DNA of 64,000 nucleotides from positions 5,508,708 through 5,572,707 of the forward strand of contig CAVNZM010000017.1 of assembly GCA_963693365.1 (NCBI GenBank). The letters run 5' to 3'. The position numbers and the translations under genes are program-made. The notes beneath the pieces are model-generated. The model did not search any database and was not told the DNA's origin. It was given only the letters and a program-made list of their open reading frames with translations. Each line of letters opens with the position of its first letter. Position 1 is the stretch's first letter. Shown here in pieces: positions 56,439 to 64,000 of the stretch. Source of the stretch: Amoebidium appalachense. Lineage: Eukaryota; Protista; Ichthyosporea.

Positions 56439-57705
56439 CTGCATGTGGGATTTGTGGTGGGTACGTTAGAACACTGCAAAACGCAAGGCTTGAAAGGTCT
56501 AAAGGTTATTACGGTCAATATACAGGATGCGACTGAAATGTCGAATAATCATTTTGGGAACTTCGCCCGTTCATCGGATCGGCCGTGCAAAGAATGCCCA
56601 AACCGCTTAGATGTCTCTCGGACTGACTGCCCTTCTCTAGAAACTAGGTCGTAAAGAACTCAGTACGGTCAATATAAATACAATGAGTCGGTTACACGGG
56701 TGCTTCAGCTATCGGCAAACTTAAAAATTTTAAATCGAGGAACTTGCAAGTACATATAAACCAAACCACAAAGGACATTTGCATAATACGTGTGACGGTT
56801 ATTCGCGTTAAAGGCCACTAATATCACCCGGGGTGCCAGCGAATTATGTTTATTCTAGATGGCATTTGTGTAAGTATACAGAAAAAAATAACCGTGGAGT
56901 ACCATAACTCAAGTAAAAAATTGCATCGAGTCCAGCCTTGCAGTATGTCTTCAGTGACCGAAGTCACTAACCCTAGAGCTTTTAGAAGTGTAACTTTGAA
57001 AGTACCCTATTTTGCGGATCTCGGAACTTTCTTCGCCGACGCGCAAAGGCATATACTAATTAGCAACAAAAGTTACACTTTCATGATGAGGGGCGGTCCC
57101 ATATATTTTATTTTGGGTGTTTATGTCTATTTTTTTATGTTTACTATGAGCGATCATGAAGGGGCATCGAGGTTTGCCAACGTTACCCGTCTGGCCCACA
57201 ATGTTACCCATCAATAAGTGATTTTGGGCGGCGGCATGTGTGTGGCGGCGGCTCACCCGCTGCTGCATCAATTGAACTGCCAAGTCAGACGCACTCCGAG
57301 GTTGGTCAAAAATCCGCCCACGGATAATGATAAAGCTGTCGCATGCGCAGTGTTTTCCTACAAAACACTATATTTTCTTGCTGCGCTTTGGTAAAGTAGT
57401 GTATTTACTCTCTACATGGAAAATTTCAGCTCCATCCGATGATCATAAAGGTACCAAACCCTTGTTCTTTGTCGAGGGAAGATGGGTAATATTGAACGTC
57501 ACCCTCTCTAATTGAACGATTTTCCAAAAATTCCCCGGATACAAGATGGGAAGGCTTTGAATGTTACCCTTCCAGCACTGGGGCTAACCAAATATTTATT
57601 GCAAACGGGAATTTCGGCAGAGAGGTGTCACGTTGGGGTTTAGGGAGGGATTGTCATCATGCAATGTGATTGGAAGGAAAGGGACGAGGGGAGGGAAGTA
57701 CCAAC
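56439..57705 (-). repeat. Intron 2 of the Cys-rich gene (homologue of intron 3, plus MITE)
   Basis: GTTGGTACTTCCCTCCC...CCCACATGCAG. Confidence 0.88.
56971..57583. mobile_element. piggyBac-like MITE (613 bp)
   Basis: Present in intron copy 56439-57705 and absent from the homologous intron 55668-56336, which shows the empty site (gtcaCTAAccaaat). 4-bp TSD CTAA at 56967-56970 and 57584-57587. Imperfect ~30-bp TIRs starting CCC (CCCTAGAGCT..AGAAGTGTAACTTTGAAAG vs CCCCAGTGCT..GGAAGGGTAACATTCAAAG). Confidence 0.75.
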
Positions 57706-58134
57706 CACTTCCAATTCAGCGCAATAGTAGACGGCCATCATTCTAAGCTCTTTGGTGGTGCATGTATACTTGAAGGTGCTGCAGGCATTGGCTGACAGAC
57801 ACTCGCTATACGCAGGGCCGGAAGAAGGGCTGGAAGCCTCCTTCAGTTTGTCACACTTGTCCTTCACAGCCCTCTTGCAAGCCTTTGTGACTTCTTCATT
57901 GTCGTAGTCAAAATTCACATTAGCAGCAGCAGGCTTAGACCCCTGTCGGCAAGTAATTTTTTAGAATCTTAAAATACTCTCTAATTCATATTTAGAGAAA
58001 TTAGGCCAGGGCAGGGGAGTGTCAGTCTCAAGGCCGCACCGTGTTGCTGCATCTCACCACTGGATCATGAGTCAACCCCGGGCCGTTGTCTATGTATGCG
58101 CTACCGATGGCATGGCCCGGTCACTAGTTTGCTA

Positions 58135-58174
<40 letters not shown>

Positions 58175-58176
58175 AC

Positions 58177-58250
<74 letters not shown>

Positions 58251-58261
58251 TGTGTGTGTGA

Positions 58262-59095
58262 CTTTAATCTGTTTGGGGTTTTCTGAAGTGGCCACAGCAT
58301 GATGAGGGAACCCCTAAGCTTCGGTGACACCAAACTAAACTTCATTTCACTTGCATTGTGATGCAAGAACTCCGAATCGCCTCAGGCTAAACCAAATACA
58401 CCGTGATCCATATGCATGAAAACACCGGTCTCGTGTAACAATCAAGGGTTTATATATGAACGTTATGTTGTATATTACTCACATTTTCAGCCTTGCACGT
58501 TCCGTCCTTCAGCTTGCCGAGGTGGCCCAAGACAACATCGTCAACGGCTGTTTCATTGGCACATCCACCCTCTCGGAAGAGTTCGGTCTTGCATGAGGTG
58601 CATTGCCTTAGCGACGACACAGAGGGTCTGGCATTGCGGCAATCCTCATCACACCTGTTAGGTATAGACTGCAACGGGAAAACCCCCATCATCAGTCTTG
58701 CAGCTATAGCCACTAGTGTATCCGTAGTAGTACGTTTGCATTGCATGTGCAAGCAGGTGTACCAGACGCTAGGCCTGGAAGGCTTGGGCAAGACTTTATG
58801 CAATACTGAGTGAAGCCAAGGCAGTGACAGCTTAACAATTAGAGGAAACCAGAGACCACTATAATTTATTATACTGTGCCTCGCTGACAATAAATATAGC
58901 ATACTGACTGTTGTCACCCTGAGTCACCCCGGAGTGCAACAACACGGGCCGCATCGTGGCATACAGAGCGCTAACCAACTCTTGCGATTGGGCTTATTCT
59001 GTTCTGCCAGTGTAAAGTGCTCAATTACTGCCTAGATAACCATAAGGTGTACTAAAGGACTTTCGGTACAAAAGTACTAACTTGAGGTATGTTGT
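58262..59095. repeat. Diverged copy of the region upstream of the Cys-rich gene start (63450-63960)
   Basis: gaagtggccacagcatga...cctaagcttcggtgacaccaaa...aactccgaatcgcctca...tacaccgtgatccatatgcatgaaaa is shared with 63474-63790; both copies follow a (GT)n tract. A further match lies at 59045-59090 vs 63895-63955. Confidence 0.8.
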
Positions 59096-59511
59096 ATCAG
59101 TGCATGCATACTCGAAACCGAAGAATAGGGATGAGTTGTCGTGACTAGGTGCCTCTTAGGCTCAACGGAGTGGCTGAACCACTTGCGTGACGTGAACCGC
59201 ATGCATGTGTTTATGGGATAAGACGATCATTCATTTAGAGGGTCTTACCTCGCCAACCACGCCGCAAACTTTGATTGAAAACTGCAGCAGCTCGTCGTAG
59301 GTGCAGAACCCATCTGCCTCGCACACCTTTGCCGCAATGCACGTGTCATACGCCAAGAAATCCGCGGGGTCGCATATGGCTATCATCTTGTCCCTACACT
59401 TGCTGCTGATGCTGCCATTATAAGGGGCCGGACCGGGCACAGGGACCGGGACTATCGGGGCCTTGATCACTGACCCTTTGCCTGTGATTGAGTTCTGCAC
59501 ATAGGCCATAG

Positions 59512-59991
59512 TGTAAACAGTTGGACTAGTTAGGATAAGGCAGAGTACAACTGAATCAAAATAAAGACAGAGAACGGGTAGAAAGGCACACGCGGCCAGG
59601 TTGCTTTTACTATGGGCCGACTCAGTCTGTCTCAGACTTCACTGATGTGATCCCCGTACTGGGACGGCTTTCTTATATAGCCCCCAGGTTTCGGATCAAG
59701 GCCCAGGATTGGTTCATCCGCGGCCAGCGCGGGTGGCAACATGCCATTTGTGATTCTGGTGCGGTCCGAGCCAGTCAGACCTTTGTCCTATTTATGCAAA
59801 CCTCTTATTGGTTCACTTCGTTTATGTGGTATGCAGCTGAAGAACCATATATGGTTCAATTCTTAGGTCAGAGTGAGTCCTATTGGTGCGGACATAATAT
59901 TTATGTGATATTCATGACAAAGCACGAATCGTGTGCTAGTAGATCACATTCTTTAGTAAACATGTACAGTTCATGTGTACAGTTGTTTACA
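59512..59991 (-). repeat. 3' LTR (contains TATA-like CTATATAAG at 59680-59672)
   Basis: Preceded on the minus strand by the polypurine tract; flanked by the TSD. Confidence 0.92.
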
Positions 59992-60002
59992 CTCCCCCCC
60001 TT
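59992..60002 (-). promoter_or_regulatory. Polypurine tract
   Basis: AAGGGGGGGAG immediately before the 3' LTR on the minus strand. Confidence 0.85.
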
Positions 60003-62489
60003 GTCGGGAGCCTGGTGGTGTCGTTAGACAAGCAAACCACCAGGCTGAGAGGCGATAAACAACCTTCAGCGAGAATTCTTGTGTGTGCCGAGCTGCTGGA
60101 CAGAACAGAGCAAGGACGGTGGAATAGAGTTGTGCACGTCTATGAGCACTTCTTCATTTGCCAAAACGTAAATTCATGCAGCATTCTTCTGTGATTTCAT
60201 TTTCGTGGCGAAGATTGTTGCAGAGTGTGCGTGCGAATAATTCGCTAAGCCTTCGTCTCTGTGCTTGGCTTTTCTGTAGAAGTAGTATTTTCCTTTTTGG
60301 GAATTTTTCCTTTTTAGGATACTCCCGCAGATTCGTTTTCAATTGCGAGTAATTTGGTTGTGTGGATGAATGATCATACCAAACATTCGATAATGAATAT
60401 AACTCGAGCCTTAGGTCACTTCGTAGCTCAGGTAGTGGTGGATAGCTTCAAGGCTTAGCCGCTGCTCCTTATCCCGGTTCTACCTTAAGACTGTAAGGCG
60501 AGTCACCATGGCCGGAAAAGCCACTTCTTTCATGAACAAAGAGCACTTCTTTCCTTTCAGCTTTAACCCTGCATCATCGGAGCTGGGAAAAACAGAATAA
60601 AAATGCCCAAGTGTTCTTCGTTGGGCGACATAAAGAAATATATCACCCGTCAGAACCAGTAAAAGCCCGGTTCATAATTCATAAGAAGAGGGTAGGCAAA
60701 GCAAGCCTCCTTCAGAAAACACATGCTTCCATTCGTGAGCAGTTTTCGTATCCCATTTGCCAGCCATTTTCGTTGAGCAGGGGGATTCCAGGCATAATAC
60801 ATTCTTCTGGAGGCTTGGCCTAAAAAGAAAAGTCGTCGGAGTCGCCCTTTCTTTTGTAAGCAACTTCGTGAGCGCGCTTCGTGTTTTCATATCCTCCAGT
60901 GCAGGTCTGGATGGTGCCCCATCCTCTGCTTCATTTGTAGGTGGCCCTACTGTAGGTTCTGTTCGTTGTGTGGAATACCAAAACCATTCGTATTCGTGGA
61001 ACTGCTTTGTGCTGTGCTTTCTTTCGTGTTGGTGTTCAGTTACCCCGTTCACACACCCTACTTCTTACATACATTAGATGTAAGTAGCTGCCTGGTGAGT
61101 GTGTGGTTCGTGTTCGTGGCATTCTTCTGTTCCTTCGTGAGAAGAATATTCGTTTTAGCAGAGGTGCCCAATAAGGCAGCTTGTGGGGTTGTCTCCCGCA
61201 TGTGCCCATTGGTGGGGTATGCACGTGCTAAATTGTTACAGTGTCATCATATTGCAAGGGAATAACATGGTCACCTCCGTACCAGGGCCTACTAGTAGTA
61301 GGTACACATGATGGTCCGATGTGTTAGTCAACAACACCTTGCATTCGTATTCGTATTTGTCTTCCACGTCACTTTCTTCAGTAGTGAAGGAGGGTATTCG
61401 TAATTCGAAACTGAAAGGCTTCCAGCCAAAATACTGACACTGTATGATGGGGTTGTGAGGGAGCGGTGCCCATACCACATTCTTTTGTTCTGGTGGGGGT
61501 GTGCCGGCAGCTAGTGCAAGGCTTGACAGTGTAATTGGTATGTTACACCGTATTGCCACAGACGGGCATTCACCTTAAAATTCGTACCCAACACCTTCTT
61601 TGTTTTTCACATGCATGAACAAAAGTTCTGCATCGACTTTATTACATGCCTTTTGTGCACCAAGAGTGCAAATTCGTTAGGGCGTGGCACCAGGAAGGGC
61701 CGCCATACATGAGTCAGGCATATGTTCGTAATGTGTTTAGGCATGCCAGCATACATTCATGCGCATGTTGTGCATCCTGGGCGCTAAACTATGGGGCATG
61801 CTGTATTCGAGAACAGCAAGGGATTCGAAGCATGCATGCAACACTACTTTCATAAGATCTTAGGTCCTACATGCTATAGCAACAGCGACTATCTTCTTCG
61901 TTAAGTGCATTTGTGCTGAAAGTGGCCGTGCATCTGGCTTGCGAGTGTGGACGTGCATGCGGTGGCATGGACACGATGGCAGTGTGCAATAGGGCAATGC
62001 ACGCAAGGGCAACGGTTTTATTTTCTTCCTAACATAGAGGGGGCTGTGTGCATTGCAACCCAAGCAGTGTTGTGCATTCGTCCTTTCATTTTCGTATTTC
62101 CAGTTCATTTTGCTTTCGTTTTTCGTTTTTTGTCGTTTGATAACTTCGTTACTTCGTTTTGTTTTCGTGTTGCATTCATTTCGTATTTCCTCTATGCAAT
62201 CGTTTGTCGTTAATTCTTTATTTCAATGCGTATTCGTGATGGTTCGTTTTTCGTTGGTTCATTGCTTCGTTAGCAATTCTTTATTCGTTTGTTCGTGTAT
62301 TCGTTGTTTCGTTGTGTATTCGTTTTTCTTCACATTTTTGATGTGTCGTAGCAAAAGAAGTTTTACATGCTTTCAATTCTTTCCGTGTAGGTGGGCTGGC
62401 CACTTCAAACTTGTAGGTGTATATATTCTAAGCCGGACAAGGAAAGATGTGCCTATCATCGGGGTAAAAAGGATTGTGATCGGCCATGG

Positions 62490-62572
62490 GAGATTCTTGA
62501 GCTGATTGAAAGATGTGAGATTCTTGAACTGATTGAAAGATGTGAGATTCGAAGGATGCGAGATTCTTGAAC
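62490..62572. repeat. 27-bp tandem repeat in the 5' leader of the LTR element
   Basis: gagattcttga(g/a)ctgattgaaagatgt x2 plus partial copies. Confidence 0.85.
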
Positions 62573-62613
62573 TGCGCGGTCGCCAATGTAAACAGTTGGC
62601 AATGTATAACAGT

Positions 62614-62631
62614 GTCCTGCCGCGGTCGCCA
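62614..62631 (-). promoter_or_regulatory. Primer-binding site complementary to the tRNA-Arg 3' end
   Basis: Minus strand TGGCGACCGCGGCAGGAC, 1 nt from the 5' LTR. Its complement GTCCTGCCGCGGTCGCCA matches the 3' end I recall for eukaryotic tRNA-Arg(TCG)-type tRNAs, including CCA. Confidence 0.85.
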
Positions 62632-62632
62632 A

Positions 62633-63112
62633 TGTCAACAGTTGGACTAGTTAGGATAAGGCAGAGTACAACTGAATCAAAATAAAGACAGAGAACGGGT
62701 AGAAAGGCACACGCGGCCAGGTTGCTTTTACTATGGGCCGACTCAGTCTGTCTCAGACTTCACTGATGTGATCCCCGTACTGGGACGGCTTTCTTATATA
62801 GCCCCCAGGTTTCGGATCAAGGCCCAGGATTGGTTCATCCGCGGCCAGCGCGGGTGGCAACATGCCATTTGTGATTCTGGTGCGGTCCGAGCCAGTCAGA
62901 CCTTTGTCCTATTTATGCAAACCTCTTATTGGTTCACTTCGTTTATGTGGTATGCAGCTGAAGAACCATATATGGTTCAATTCTTAGGTCAGAGTGAGTC
63001 CTATTGGTGCGGACATAATATTTATGTGATATTCATGACAAAGCACGAATCGTGTGCTAGTAGATCACATTCTTTAGTAAACATGTACAGTTCATGTGTA
63101 CAGTTGTTTACA
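62633..63112 (-). repeat. 5' LTR
   Basis: Matches 59512-59991; the one difference I saw is tgtcaaca vs tgtaaaca at the inner end. Followed on the minus strand by the PBS. Confidence 0.92.
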
Positions 63113-63213
63113 CATAGTTAGGCAGGCAAGGACAACCGCCGCGACCGTGGCAGAGTTGCAACGGAAGAGCATTATTGCGAGTGAATTGGTCGGACCTCAT
63201 GGTCACTCATGGG

Positions 63214-63448
<235 letters not shown>

Positions 63449-64000
63449 CCTTGAAACTGTTTGGGGATTCCTCGAAGTGGCCACAGCATGAGGAGGGACC
63501 CCTAAGCTTCGGTGACACCAAAATAGACTTCATTTCAGTTAGATTGTGATGCCGCAACTCCGAATCGCCTCACGCTAAACTAAATACACCGTGATCCATA
63601 TGCATGAAAACCGCCGGTCTTGTGTAACAATCAGGGGTGTATATATTAACATCGTGTTGTATATAACTCACATTTTCAACCTTGCACGTCCCATTCTTCA
63701 GCTTGCCGAGGTAGTCCAAGACAACAGCGTCGACGGCTGTTGCATTGACGCATCCACCCTCGCCGAAGACTGGTTTCTTGCATAAGGTGCATTCAAGGCT
63801 TTCTTTCAACGCCCAGGATCCAACACTACACGTCGACTGACACATGCTCTGCGAAAACTGCAATGGAAAAAACTCATTATGAGTGAAAAAGCTGAGATGT
63901 ACCAAACTTTTAAGGACTTACAGTACCGTGAAAAGTACTAAGTTGATCATGAGGTACATTCTGCTGGGGAACCCAACCAATTGATTTTATTTTTAGTCTC

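Larger units (their letters stand above)
59512..63112 (-). mobile_element. Non-autonomous LTR retrotransposon (~3.6 kb), recent insertion
   Basis: Near-identical 480-bp direct repeats at 59512-59991 and 62633-63112 with TG...CA inverted ends (TGTAAACA/TGTTTACA). 5-bp TSD CATAG at 59507-59511 and 63113-63117. PBS and PPT lie in minus orientation. No intact gag/pol ORF inside. Confidence 0.93.
55431..63172 (-). pseudogene. Modular Cys-rich secreted protein gene, first exon interrupted by an LTR retrotransposon
   Basis: Removing the LTR element joins 63172-63113 (MLFRCNSATVAAVVLACLTM, signal-like) to 59506-59249 (AYVQ...KVCGVVGE|gtaag). Then phase-0 exons 57942-57706, 56438-56337 and 55667-55431 (stop). 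Exons A and B share C-x7-C...Y-x2-C-x5-C-x5/6-CT-x2-EL-x7-C. The A-to-B splice is inferred; A and B could instead be tandem paralogues. Confidence 0.7.

Noticed and set aside
59647-63121. Duplicated ORF MIPVLGRLSYIAP... as a gene pair
   Set aside because: It lies within the two LTRs, so the identity reflects the repeat rather than a protein.

Overview
Intron-rich eukaryotic genomic DNA with spliceosomal GT-AG introns, packed with poly-G/poly-C tracts and (CA)n/(GA)n microsatellites. These repeats generate nearly all of the spurious ORFs in the ORF track. The organism cannot be fixed from sequence; the gene content fits a unicellular eukaryote, possibly an opisthokont (inference). Genes reconstructed by hand: a CLPTM1L-type scramblase (minus, 3' end off-window), a myristoylated RGS-like protein (plus), a secreted alkaline phosphatase (minus), a CRAMP1/TKI1-like SANT protein (minus), a universal stress protein (plus), and a modular Cys-rich secreted-protein locus (minus). 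That locus is split by a young non-autonomous LTR retrotransposon (480-bp LTRs, CATAG TSD, tRNA-Arg PBS, PPT) and carries a piggyBac-like MITE in an intron. Most notable observations: (1) a dispersed ~250-nt intronic element with compensatory base-pair changes and a possible pseudoknot, always sense to its host gene and ending in poly(C); (2) two consecutive introns of the Cys-rich gene that are highly similar exactly from GT to AG while the flanking exons are strongly diverged; (3) repeated partial 'echo' copies of exon ends that differ from the real exon mainly at synonymous sites. Several single-base frameshifts in conserved exons are probably assembly errors.
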